DNA of 64,000 bases. Source: Nitrososphaeraceae archaeon (GTDB taxonomy: Archaea > Thermoproteota > Nitrososphaeria > Nitrososphaerales > Nitrososphaeraceae). The stretch lies in contig JBIOZG010000032.1 of assembly GCA_044870765.1 (NCBI GenBank), forward strand, positions 1-64,000. Reading direction: 5' to 3'. The translations under genes were made by a program, and so were the position numbers. The notes under the pieces were generated by a model, which worked only from the letters and a program-made list of their open reading frames with translations, was not told the origin of the DNA and ran no database searches. This document shows positions 17,728 through 27,500 of the stretch, piece by piece (the first letter of the stretch is position 1; each line of letters starts with the position of its first letter).

Positions 17728-18828
17728 GTGATAAAGCTCCACATTGTGCAGGCTGAATTTGGAGATTGTTTCATCTTAGAATCCAAATCAAATAATGAAT
17801 CCACCACCATGTTAATTGATGGAGGGCCGTATCAAACTTTTAGAAATCATCTTAAACCGACCCTTCAGAAGTTACTCTTAAATGGAAAAATAGATCTAAT
17901 GGTATTGAGTCACATCGATAACGATCATATTATAGGATTACTCGATCTACTCATTGAAATCAAAAATGAAAGAGACAACGGAATAAAAGAACTGGTTAAG
18001 ATAAAAAAAATGTGGCATAATTCGTTTAAGGAACTTTTACAACTGCCTGAGGAACCAAAGAAATTACTTGCAAGTATTTTCTGGTCTCAAAATTTGATAA
18101 ATAGGAAAAACATCTTAGAATCTCTAGTTATGAAAGGTTTTCAACAAGGGACAGATCTAACAAAGTTAGCAAAAACACTAAAAATACCAATTAATCCTGG
18201 TTTTGATAAGGTAATTGTGGTTTATGACAAGATGAAATCTGTTAGTCTGAACGATATCAATTTGTATTTACTTGGTCCTACAAAGAAGAATATCGACAAA
18301 CTCCGGAAGGAATGGAATGATTGGTTTAGTAAGAAGCAGCAGGCTATAAAGACTGAATTTGGACTCGTTCAGATTTTGGATAAGAGTGTTCCTAATTTGG
18401 CTAGCATTGCCTTTTTGGCCGAAATAAAAAATAGGAAAATCCTCTTTACTGGTGATGGTCTCGGACAGGATGTAGTTGATATGTTATCAAAAAATGAAAT
18501 GTTAGACGAGAATGGTAAATTTCACGTTGATGTCTTAAAAGTGCCACACCATGGAAGTGACAGGAACACATCATTAGATTTTTTTAATACCGTGAATGCA
18601 AAATACTATGTTATATCTGCTAATGGAAGGGACGACAATCCGTCACTTAGTACGCTAAGATGGATTATTGAAAGTGGGAAAACTAGTAGAGGACCTAAAA
18701 AAATTATTTTGACGAATATTACTCCGAACGTCAGAAAGGTATTACAAGAATATGATCAAAAGAAATTCAATTATAAAAGTATTGTTTTGGAAAAAAAATT
18801 TGACTTTATGACAATCAATTTAAGATGA
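17728..18828 (+). CDS. Metallo-beta-lactamase-fold hydrolase (ComEC/Rec2-like)
   Basis: GDCF, LIDGG, SHIDNDHIIG, LFTGDG, KVPHHGS. Confidence 0.85.
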   Translation: MIKLHIVQAEFGDCFILESKSNNESTTMLIDGGPYQTFRNHLKPTLQKLLLNGKIDLMVLSHIDNDHIIGLLDLLIEIKNERDNGIKELVKIKKMWHNSFKELLQLPEEPKKLLASIFWSQNLINRKNILESLVMKGFQQGTDLTKLAKTLKIPINPGFDKVIVVYDKMKSVSLNDINLYLLGPTKKNIDKLRKEWNDWFSKKQQAIKTEFGLVQILDKSVPNLASIAFLAEIKNRKILFTGDGLGQDVVDMLSKNEMLDENGKFHVDVLKVPHHGSDRNTSLDFFNTVNAKYYVISANGRDDNPSLSTLRWIIESGKTSRGPKKIILTNITPNVRKVLQEYDQKKFNYKSIVLEKKFDFMTINLR

Positions 18829-18931
18829 ATCGCATAGAAGCTACTTTTCGATGAAGTAAAATAACATTTTAGAAATGAAATATCAGAAAAAACTTAGTAA
18901 TACATAAATCATAAAACGAAGAAAAATAGAT

Positions 18932-20029
18932 ATGTTTTTCAAAAACGGTAGTACTGTTGTTCGCAGAAGTGGTCGTTTATTAAATTGGACAAATCATACC
19001 TGTTTTATTATTCCAGAGTATGTAAATAAAAAAATAGTGGAAAAGGGAACTAAGAAACAAAAGGAACAGGCTTGGAAAAATCTTATCTTAACAGAACAAT
19101 TGAGAGGAAGAAGGTCAGTAACTGGATTGATGTCTTCGATGTTTTCAGTATCAAATAGACTAGAGCGTACCATTTTTGACGCTAAAAATTCTGAGAATTT
19201 GCCAGGGACGCTTGTGAGACGTGAAGGTGAAAAAGCAAAAGGAGGTAAGCCTGTTACTGAAGCATATGACTATTCCGGCTCAACCTACAACCTTTTCAGA
19301 GAAATCTTTGATCGCAATTCCATCGACACAAGGGGAATGAAACTAGACTCCACGGTGCATTACGGAGATGATTACAATAATGCATTTTGGAATGGTACCC
19401 AAATGGTCTACGGCGATGGAGATGGCGATATTTTTCAACGCTTTACAAAAAGTATCGACGTAATAGGTCATGAACTTACTCACGGAGTAACTCAATATGA
19501 GGCAGCCCTTGAATACGAGGGTCAAGCTGGAGCATTAAATGAAAGTTTCTCTGATGTCTTTGGATCTTTGGTAAAGCAATATTCACTCAAACAAAAAGTC
19601 GATAAAGCAGATTGGCTAATTGGCAGCGGTCTCTTTACTAGAAAAATTAGAGGCAGCGCGCTACGTTCTATGAAAGAGCCTGGAACGGCATATGATGATC
19701 CCATAATTGGTAAGGATCCGCAGCCAGGTCACATGAAAGATTATGTAGAGACTACCGACGACAATGGAGGGGTACATATAAATTCCGGAATTCCAAATCG
19801 TGCCTTTTACCTTATTGCAAAAGAACTAGGAGGCTATGCCTGGGAAAAAGCCGGTAAAATTTGGTATCTCACATTAACAGAAAGATTGAGAGAACGATCT
19901 GATTTTCAAAAAGCAGCAGAATCGACATTTCAGGTAGCCAGAAACCTATACGGCGAAGGAAGTCACGAAGAAGACGCAGTCAAACAATCTTGGAATCTAG
20001 TAGGTATTAAGATAAAATCAAAGAGGTAA
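18932..20029 (+). CDS. M4 family metalloprotease, protealysin-like
   Basis: Short propeptide CFIIPEY; NNAFWNG, HELTH, GALNESFSD, DNGGVHINSGIPN; no signal peptide. Confidence 0.93.
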   Translation: MFFKNGSTVVRRSGRLLNWTNHTCFIIPEYVNKKIVEKGTKKQKEQAWKNLILTEQLRGRRSVTGLMSSMFSVSNRLERTIFDAKNSENLPGTLVRREGEKAKGGKPVTEAYDYSGSTYNLFREIFDRNSIDTRGMKLDSTVHYGDDYNNAFWNGTQMVYGDGDGDIFQRFTKSIDVIGHELTHGVTQYEAALEYEGQAGALNESFSDVFGSLVKQYSLKQKVDKADWLIGSGLFTRKIRGSALRSMKEPGTAYDDPIIGKDPQPGHMKDYVETTDDNGGVHINSGIPNRAFYLIAKELGGYAWEKAGKIWYLTLTERLRERSDFQKAAESTFQVARNLYGEGSHEEDAVKQSWNLVGIKIKSKR

Positions 20030-20062
20030 TAAATAACTAAAACTTAGTTCGATTGGGCATAT

Positions 20063-20383
20063 ATGATTATCAAAGTTGAACGTAGTGGTGGATTGGTAGG
20101 ATTACATACGTCGACTGAAATTGATGCAAAGGATTTGCCTCCTCAATTGATAACCAAGGCGAGAAAAATTATAAATGCAAAAATATCTCTTTTACCACGG
20201 AAGGCGAAACCGATAGGCTCAGCAGATCATTATAGTTTTAAAATTTCGATTCATGACAGCAAAAGACGAAAAGTCTTTGAATGTACTCAATATAACATTC
20301 ACGATGACTTAAAATCTCTTGTAAACTATATTGAAAAAAATTCAAAGAAGGTTAAATTAAAGGACGCCTCATTCAAACCCTAA
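20063..20383 (+). CDS. Protealysin inhibitor emfourin-like protein
   Basis: IKVERSGGLVG and ADHYSFKISI motifs; ~100 aa; immediately downstream of the protealysin-like gene. Confidence 0.85.
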   Translation: MIIKVERSGGLVGLHTSTEIDAKDLPPQLITKARKIINAKISLLPRKAKPIGSADHYSFKISIHDSKRRKVFECTQYNIHDDLKSLVNYIEKNSKKVKLKDASFKP

Positions 20384-20483
20384 TTCAAAATCCATTTTCT
20401 AATCCATTTATTCACTTTCATGTAATTTTCTAATAATGTTACAAGTTTCAGCTATGAACCAATGAATCATTGTTGCATAACAC

Positions 20484-21089
20484 TCATCCTACGGTAAGTT
20501 CATAACTTACTTTGATTTTGGTCAATCCAGAAGAACAAGAGGAGAAGGAGGATAGTCTTAAATTTTCATTGATTGGATTAAGAAAAATCCAATACCCATC
20601 TGAAACACAGCGTCTCTTTCCGGGGGAGATGTCAAATATGTTATTTTGAGGCAGATTAATTTCAAAAAATGGCGATTGAATTCTATATTTTTCAAGACCT
20701 TTGTTGACAGTTATTCCATTTATTGTCAATTCAAGCGGACCCACAACATCCATCTTGCTACTGGCAATTTCCACTAATTCGTTATCTGAATTTCCATCAT
20801 ATTGTATTATAGATATCCAGTTTATAATTGGCATAAAGATAGATGTGCCTCTAGTAATTTTATTTCTGCGACATGGTGTATTTTTGACACCCTCATATGT
20901 TTGACATAAAAAGAGAACGCGTGAATCATTTTGATTTTGATAAATCTTGCTACCGCTCCAATCAAATGCAGGATTAATAGACTTTGGAATAGAAGAAATC
21001 CACTGCCACCATTTTACTACCCACTCACTATACGATAATCCAAAAGGTTTGGAATCCATTGGGAAAAAATCAATATCTGATGATGGCAT
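20484..21089 (-). CDS. Uncharacterised 'WWQW..SIP' family protein, no signal peptide
   Basis: KPFGLSYSEWVVKWWQWISSIP...YRIQSPFF...SDGYWIFLNP. Confidence 0.85.
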   Translation of the reverse strand: MPSSDIDFFPMDSKPFGLSYSEWVVKWWQWISSIPKSINPAFDWSGSKIYQNQNDSRVLFLCQTYEGVKNTPCRRNKITRGTSIFMPIINWISIIQYDGNSDNELVEIASSKMDVVGPLELTINGITVNKGLEKYRIQSPFFEINLPQNNIFDISPGKRRCVSDGYWIFLNPINENLRLSSFSSCSSGLTKIKVSYELTVG

Positions 21090-21554
21090 GCAGTCAATGT
21101 TGTGGTAACAAATATTTACGTTAATCTATAAACTCCTCATCTAAAATTCGGCTTTATTCACAAAGTAAAATTGGCTGCTGGTTTAATCATGATTATTCCA
21201 AATTAATTTATTTACTACTCAATTAGTCACTTAAATTATTAATTTGAGACTTAATTATGTCCTTGACTATTGACTTTCTTAATAGAAAATGTCATGTAGC
21301 CCATAAGAAGAGAATTGAATATTGTAAGGACCTTCTTCATAATTTAGATTCATTTGCCGGTGTTAATAAATATTTTGCGAATTTAACTGTGTCAAAGGGT
21401 AATTAGATTGGTCAACATCAAGAAATGCACTATTTCATTTACAAATTAGAAGCAATACAATCTGTCATGTTTCGACTCAAAATAATGTCAATTTTTCGCT
21501 CCGAAAAATTGCTCCTGTTGTAATGGAATAAGAGCACATCAACTTTAATGCATA

Positions 21555-22319
21555 ATGTTTAAAAATCTGCGGTGGTTATCAGCAATATTGATAGTTCATG
21601 GTAGAATACGCTACTTGATGATTATTTTGGTCATCCTACTCCCTTTCATTTCTCTTCTTAGTTTCCCGAACTTGCAAGCTCAGGGGGTAATTGTTTATGG
21701 CCCTAATGAAAAACCCTATGGCAAAACATTTGAACAATATGCTAATATTTTCTGGAATGCAAATTCTAACCTTGGACCAACAAAGGCTGCTTCATCCGAA
21801 TCATATGTACCCCAAAAATGTTTCTTAATGGATCTGGATAATAAGCTCTTCCTTCAAGATTTTTATGCAGAAAAAATAAGTAATAGGGATCGATCATTTG
21901 ACTGTACAATTTCTCAAAAACCAATAGTAATTCCAGCTCTTATGGAAGGCTGTAGCTTTGGAGATTATGAAAATCTTGCTGATCGAAATGATCAGAAGCT
22001 GATGGAATGCGCGCATTCACACAACCCTTATGCTGTTGCAGAGGTAATCATTGATGGACAACCCATTAAAAACATAAATGATTATCGCAAGACTTCTGAT
22101 TTTTTTATTCTAAATGAAACTAACCCCGATAATGCTTACAATACTGAAGTTGGTTCATGGCGTGCAATTACTGATGCGATAATGGTAGTCGTAGATTTAC
22201 CTGTGGGAGAACATGATATAAGATACAAAGTCACCCAAAAGATGCCTGAAATCATAGCTCCTGACGATCCTGTATTAGTAACAGATGTAAAATATCACTT
22301 TACTGTTAATCCCAATTAG
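21555..22319 (+). CDS. Exported paralogue of the 'WWQW..SIP' family
   Basis: Signal peptide ending LQA-QG; KPYGKTFEQY..FW; IDG...DYRKTSDFF; AITDAIMVVVDLPVGEHDIRY. Confidence 0.8.
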   Translation: MFKNLRWLSAILIVHGRIRYLMIILVILLPFISLLSFPNLQAQGVIVYGPNEKPYGKTFEQYANIFWNANSNLGPTKAASSESYVPQKCFLMDLDNKLFLQDFYAEKISNRDRSFDCTISQKPIVIPALMEGCSFGDYENLADRNDQKLMECAHSHNPYAVAEVIIDGQPIKNINDYRKTSDFFILNETNPDNAYNTEVGSWRAITDAIMVVVDLPVGEHDIRYKVTQKMPEIIAPDDPVLVTDVKYHFTVNPN

Positions 22320-22546
22320 ACAATCAGACCTAATCTTTGTGTAGTTTGTCTGGTTCTTAATGAGATATACCCAAACCAAATTAATTAGGCAATATCGCTT
22401 GAAAGATCAGGGATTTAACTTTAAACCAATGGTCAATAAGTTAATCAAGGCAATTGGACAAAATAAACAATATTCTGTCCTTTTGTATATATTATGTAAT
22501 ATTTCGGAAGTAAATACTTAATAATAGGCTGTACTTTTTAGAAATA

Positions 22547-23320
22547 TTGAAAAAACATAATTCAGGCCATAGCTCGGATCATCATGAAGCTCCGCACCAG
22601 TTTCCTCGGAATTATATTTTTAGTATGGATGAGTGGAGAAACCATCATGAACATACTCATGACAAAGAAGATCCAGTAATGGGTCATAAAGAGGTCTTGG
22701 CCAAGGGCGGGGTTAGCTGTGAAAAAGTCGTTGAAGAATGGCATAAATGGTTATTTAGAATTCCAGCTCGTATCCATCCGAATCTTGTACCACCCTCAAA
22801 TTCATATAAGGCAGAATCAAGTGGAATTGAAAATCCACTATATGTTGCTGGAAATAGAGTCTATATGACAGCATTTGTACCGCTTACGAAAAAGGAAGAT
22901 AATATTACTACTCTCCAAATATATGATGACACACAATATATCTTACTGCCTATTATGACAGCTGAAGCGTGCACTGAGGAATATCCGTCTGTGAGGACTC
23001 AAGCTGAACTTTGGGACATGGTTGAGAGTGAAACAAACAGCATTGGTGAAATTATATTCAAAATAGATGATATCCCAAGAATGGGATGCTTTGTTGAGAA
23101 AAAAAATAGACTGACTATAAGTAATGTAGCTACCGAAAATCTCATGGGGATTAAACCTCAAAATATGAAGCCAAATAACACGATTGAAATTGTCTATAAC
23201 GGCTATTGGGCCTTACTTGATGTAAAAAGACTTGGACCGGGTGATCATTTGATCACTGTTGAATCAACTGGTAAATCATACTTTGTTGGCGCTACTATAG
23301 CATTGAATATACTGATCTGA
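22547..23320 (+). CDS. Cytoplasmic paralogue of the 'WWQW..SIP' family with His-rich N-terminus
   Basis: HNSGHSSDHHEAPH...HHEHTH; EEWHKWLFRIP; NGYWALLD..LGPGDHLI. Confidence 0.8.
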   Translation: MKKHNSGHSSDHHEAPHQFPRNYIFSMDEWRNHHEHTHDKEDPVMGHKEVLAKGGVSCEKVVEEWHKWLFRIPARIHPNLVPPSNSYKAESSGIENPLYVAGNRVYMTAFVPLTKKEDNITTLQIYDDTQYILLPIMTAEACTEEYPSVRTQAELWDMVESETNSIGEIIFKIDDIPRMGCFVEKKNRLTISNVATENLMGIKPQNMKPNNTIEIVYNGYWALLDVKRLGPGDHLITVESTGKSYFVGATIALNILI

Positions 23321-23359
23321 TTCCAAAAATCTTTTAGTAATACAATTATCTCTCTGGCT

Positions 23360-23400
23360 AGATTATGGTCAATTCCATTGCCATAATCTTCTTTGTTTGT
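23360..23400 (+). terminator. Stem-loop plus T-rich tail after 22547..23320
   Basis: AGATTATGG (23360-23368) pairs with CCATAATCT (23381-23389), with an inner CAAT/ATTG stem, followed by TCTTTGTTTGT. Confidence 0.5.
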
Positions 23401-23583
23401 TAGGATATAACTGGAGAATAAGTTAAGGCATTAAAGGGCCCAAATAATTTGTGGTCTCTGAAAAGAAATTGTTATTTTTAGTTAACAAATTCATTCAAAT
23501 TCAGTACTGCATTGGACGTCTAAAAGTCCAACACTGGACTACGAAGAATTATGAATATATATATAAAGTAAATATACACTAGC

Positions 23584-24912
23584 GTGAAAAAACATAGTCT
23601 GTTTCACGTTAGTCCTTTAATCTTGTTTTTAGTATTGGTGGGTCTGGTGTACCTTGATTCCTCTATTTATGATTTTATTGATTTATTTTCAATTCCAGCT
23701 CAGAACAAAAATTTCGACCTTATTTTTTTAACTTTAGTAATCATATTCATTTATTCATCTTTAGCATTGCTATATCGAGGCAACTCCGTTTTACATGGTA
23801 GTAAGCTATTTAGAATTAGCTCTAAGGCCATTTACAAAATAACCTATCTGTCCTATGGGGTAATATTCACATGCTTGTCATTGTTAGTTTATCAAATAGT
23901 TTCACAAAGTGCGTACAATATTTATCTTGTATATCTAGCTTTAATAGCTTCGAGTCTTTTTGCTTTATTTTTTTCTATAAGCGGGACCATAAAATTCTTT
24001 CAATGGTTAAGAGTAAGTAGAGAAAAATTATCCTTTATCTATTTAATCTCGTTTGTAGCCTTTTCAATACTTATTTGTTTTTCGTTGGGATACAATATTT
24101 TACAAATTTCTGGATCACCGGTGAATGTTACAACCACTAATTATCAGAAGGTTACCCAAACTATGTCAATTAATATACCTGAAGTTTATAAATTCTATAT
24201 CTTCAGTTATATTTTCTCATTTGTTGCGATATGGGTATCCACTATATTTTTGCTTCACGATTATCTTAGCAAGAATTTCTTAAGGTTTTTAGTCATCATT
24301 ATACTTCCACTAATATTATTTTTAATTAATTTGTTACCAATAACAATAACTATTATTGTTTACTTAATTTCAATTTATCCGATTCTTTTGCCATTATATG
24401 CGATAACATCAACTTTAACGTTTCTCATAGGTCCCATAATATTCAGTTTAACAATTTTCTTGATGATAAAATATACTGATAACCAGACCTTTAAGGACAA
24501 CTTACTGCCAATTGCATATGGATTATTCTTATTGTTTGCTTCAACTCAGACCAATATTTTTTCGCGAGTTCTTTATCCTCCATTCGGATTAATTTCAATC
24601 CTATTTTCAGGATTGTCCCTATTTTTGGTTTTTACAGGATTTTATTCATCGTCATTGTATATAACCAAAAATTACTATTTTTCAAAGACTTTTGTCAACC
24701 GATTCTATCAATCTGATTTTTTTCGGACTATCGCAAAGTCAGAATTGGAAATGAACGTTAAGAAAGTTTTTAAAAATATCCAAAGAAATGATTTATTTCA
24801 AGTAAGTGAAAAAGAAAAAATTGATGACTTCAATGAAGAACAAGTATCTAAGCTAATTGAATTCGTTAAGAAAGAGCTCAAAAACCGAAAAGCCAATGAT
24901 CACTCTTCGTGA
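23584..24912 (+). CDS. Multi-pass (~10 TM) membrane protein of unknown function, 'YPPFGL' family
   Basis: Paralogue of 12840..14198 (KFF.W, W..T..LL.DY, AYGL.L.FA, YPPFGL, FF..I...E.E..V); TATA-like TATATAAA about 20 nt upstream. Confidence 0.85.
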   Translation: MKKHSLFHVSPLILFLVLVGLVYLDSSIYDFIDLFSIPAQNKNFDLIFLTLVIIFIYSSLALLYRGNSVLHGSKLFRISSKAIYKITYLSYGVIFTCLSLLVYQIVSQSAYNIYLVYLALIASSLFALFFSISGTIKFFQWLRVSREKLSFIYLISFVAFSILICFSLGYNILQISGSPVNVTTTNYQKVTQTMSINIPEVYKFYIFSYIFSFVAIWVSTIFLLHDYLSKNFLRFLVIIILPLILFLINLLPITITIIVYLISIYPILLPLYAITSTLTFLIGPIIFSLTIFLMIKYTDNQTFKDNLLPIAYGLFLLFASTQTNIFSRVLYPPFGLISILFSGLSLFLVFTGFYSSSLYITKNYYFSKTFVNRFYQSDFFRTIAKSELEMNVKKVFKNIQRNDLFQVSEKEKIDDFNEEQVSKLIEFVKKELKNRKANDHSS

Positions 24913-25082
24913 TATTAATGAACAAAATTTATTACATTTTGCTGAAGAAAAATTTTACTCTGTAATACTTCCGTCGAGCAAGGGTTGAACAGATTAATTT
25001 AAAGTCTCTTAAATTTAGCAGCGGATCTAAGTATTGACTTAATAGTATTGCGTCTCTAGCATCAAATCCTAACATATTCCAC

Positions 25083-26021
25083 ATGCTCATCGCTATACTT
25101 ATTAACTTCAAATTTGTCCAAACTCCTAATTTGAACATAAATATTCTGAAGAAAGGTATGGGTTGGCTTCCTGACTATCCAAGTTTTAGAGACTATACTC
25201 CACAAAGTACCAAGGTTGCAACCTTGTTTAAGAAAGTGAATTTAGATGAGACGCTAAAGACAAAAGTTCTAAAAGTTTCATTGCCTTCAAAGAAGGATCT
25301 CCGAAAATGGTGTTCTCCAATAGAAGATCAAGAATCATTGGGATCATGTACTGCCAATGCTGCAGTTGGATTGGTCGAGTACTTTGAAAGGAGAGCGCAT
25401 GGCAAGCACATAGATGCCTCTAGATTATTCCTCTATAAGGTATCCCGTAAAATGCTCAATTTTAAAGGTGATACTGGAGCCTTTTTGAGGACTGCTATGG
25501 GTGCTTTGACATTGTTTGGTGTCCCCCCGGAGGAATATTGGCCTTATGAAATAAAGAATTATGAAAGGGAACCGCCGGCGTTCTGTTACTCCTTTGCTAA
25601 AAACTATCAGGCAATAAATTATGTTCGGCTTGATCCTTCCGGTGTAGAAAAGGATGTTCTCTTACACTCAATCAAGGATAATATTGATAAGGGCTTTCCA
25701 TGCATGTTTGGGTTTACAGTGTACAATTCTATCCAACAAAGTAGTTCAGATGGCAAGATTCCTTACCCTTGTGAAGGAGAAAAAATAGATGGTGGCCACG
25801 CAGTCATGGCAGTAGGTTATGATGATAAGATGCCAATTAAAAATGAAATGTGCGATAAAGTTACTAAAGGTGCGTTAATTATCCGAAATTCATGGGGTAC
25901 AGAATGGGGAGATGGAGGTTATGGTTTCTTGCCCTACGATTATGTTCTTGCTGGTTTGGCTGAGGATTGGTGGACGCTTATCCAGCAAGGTTGGGTAGAC
26001 ACTGGTCAGTTCGGTGAATAA
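25083..26021 (+). CDS. C1 (papain-like) cysteine peptidase
   Basis: DLRKWCSPIEDQESLGSCTANA (Gln/Cys), GGHAV (His), IRNSWG (Asn). The true start may lie further downstream. Confidence 0.92.
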   Translation: MLIAILINFKFVQTPNLNINILKKGMGWLPDYPSFRDYTPQSTKVATLFKKVNLDETLKTKVLKVSLPSKKDLRKWCSPIEDQESLGSCTANAAVGLVEYFERRAHGKHIDASRLFLYKVSRKMLNFKGDTGAFLRTAMGALTLFGVPPEEYWPYEIKNYEREPPAFCYSFAKNYQAINYVRLDPSGVEKDVLLHSIKDNIDKGFPCMFGFTVYNSIQQSSSDGKIPYPCEGEKIDGGHAVMAVGYDDKMPIKNEMCDKVTKGALIIRNSWGTEWGDGGYGFLPYDYVLAGLAEDWWTLIQQGWVDTGQFGE

Positions 26022-26181
26022 ACTTTTATTTTTGTTGTTTGGAATGAAAATAAGAATTCAAGTCAATTGCCTTCCAGAGATAAGAGGCTAACCGTCTAGA
26101 ATTAATTCTACATATCTTCTATTTAAATTTGTCAAAACTGATTTATTAAACTTTGACGCAGCGTTTTACTGATTAAAGGTA

Positions 26182-27153
26182 TTGGGAACAACAAAACCTG
26201 ATAATTTAACTCGACTGTATGATAGACTGGACAAGAGGATATCGCTTTTGTCCGGTTTTCAGCTCACTATTATAGTATTAATTGTTCTCCCGTCAGCATT
26301 GATAATTTCTCATTATATTTTAGACGCAGTAGTATTACAGTATTTCAAAAGTATTTCTACTATTGAGACCGTTGAACAAAATTTAGAATATGCTAGGTTG
26401 TCTGTGAATCTCTTTTCTGCCTTCCAAATAATTGTCTTTGTAGTAATGGTTATAATTTATCCACCATATCCGGCACCGTTTTCAATTGAAAAATATTTCA
26501 TAAAGAGGGGTTTTGAATCTGCAGTTTCAGAATTTGAACTAGTAAGAAAAATTCTGTACGTTGCAATCCCTTTGCTGATATTTTTTACAGTAATAGAACT
26601 TTTAAAACCATTATTTGAACTATTTGTTCCTGAAGAAATAGTATCAATGTTAACGGAAAATATTTTATTTTACTCTGCAAGAGCATTTCTTTTTCTGACG
26701 GTTCTGGCAGGATTGCTAAAAGCGGTCTTTGCGCTTTCAAGAAAAAGGTTTAGATTATATTTTGCCAAGGGATGCCTTTCAATTGCAAAGAATAGTAATG
26801 ATGAAGTAGAAAAGATGGAGTATCTGATAAAGGGATTAGATTCATACAATTCTTTTCTTAAGCGCCACATAAAACTTGAAATAAATGAAATAAAAAAAAT
26901 CTACTCAAAAATTACGACACTTCCAGCAAAGGAAAAAATAGATACTGTTAGTAGAATAATTCAATCATTCGAATCAGGGGACACCCTCGAACCAGTGCGA
27001 TATTTATCGACACTTCATGATAACAAAACAGAATTATTTCTTGCGGAAGAGCCATTAGAGAAAAAAATAAAATTGCAAGTCACATATGCCGCAGGAATCA
27101 TTCCTGTTATTTTGACAGTCATCCAAATTGTTATTAATTATAGAGGTCATTGA
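26182..27153 (+). CDS. Hypothetical membrane protein
   Basis: 323-aa ORF with four N-terminal TM segments, a soluble helical domain and a C-terminal TM segment. Confidence 0.75.
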   Translation: MGTTKPDNLTRLYDRLDKRISLLSGFQLTIIVLIVLPSALIISHYILDAVVLQYFKSISTIETVEQNLEYARLSVNLFSAFQIIVFVVMVIIYPPYPAPFSIEKYFIKRGFESAVSEFELVRKILYVAIPLLIFFTVIELLKPLFELFVPEEIVSMLTENILFYSARAFLFLTVLAGLLKAVFALSRKRFRLYFAKGCLSIAKNSNDEVEKMEYLIKGLDSYNSFLKRHIKLEINEIKKIYSKITTLPAKEKIDTVSRIIQSFESGDTLEPVRYLSTLHDNKTELFLAEEPLEKKIKLQVTYAAGIIPVILTVIQIVINYRGH

Positions 27154-27257
27154 TTCTCAAATTTATTATAAAAGTTGTAGATTCAAGTATCCCTGTAAAC
27201 ACCTACTGTAAGCAGAGTATGAAAACTATATTATCATCCCTTTCAATTTGATCTAGT

Positions 27258-27500
27258 ATGTGGAACATCAAGTTATCTATTATCTTGACACTCTCCATAT
27301 ATATCGCCCTTCAACTTTCGATTCTGCATCATTCAATCTTGGCACAGATTAATGATACCACTGGAATAGTTACACCAAGTAACGATACGAGTACAGGAGC
27401 TTTGTCTAACGACAGTGGGATAATGCATAATACTACAGGCATAGTAGATGATGCATTTGACGCTCTAAAGGATTCTTTTGGATCATTTTTTGGAAAATAG
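27258..27500 (+). CDS. Small secreted protein rich in N-x-T/S sequons
   Basis: Signal peptide ending ILA-Q; NDTTG, NDTST, NDSG and NTTG motifs. Confidence 0.65.
   Translation: MWNIKLSIILTLSIYIALQLSILHHSILAQINDTTGIVTPSNDTSTGALSNDSGIMHNTTGIVDDAFDALKDSFGSFFGK

Noticed and set aside
24932-25138. 68-aa minus-strand ORF between the membrane protein and the C1 peptidase
   Set aside because: Overlaps the peptidase 5' region and has no recognisable motif.
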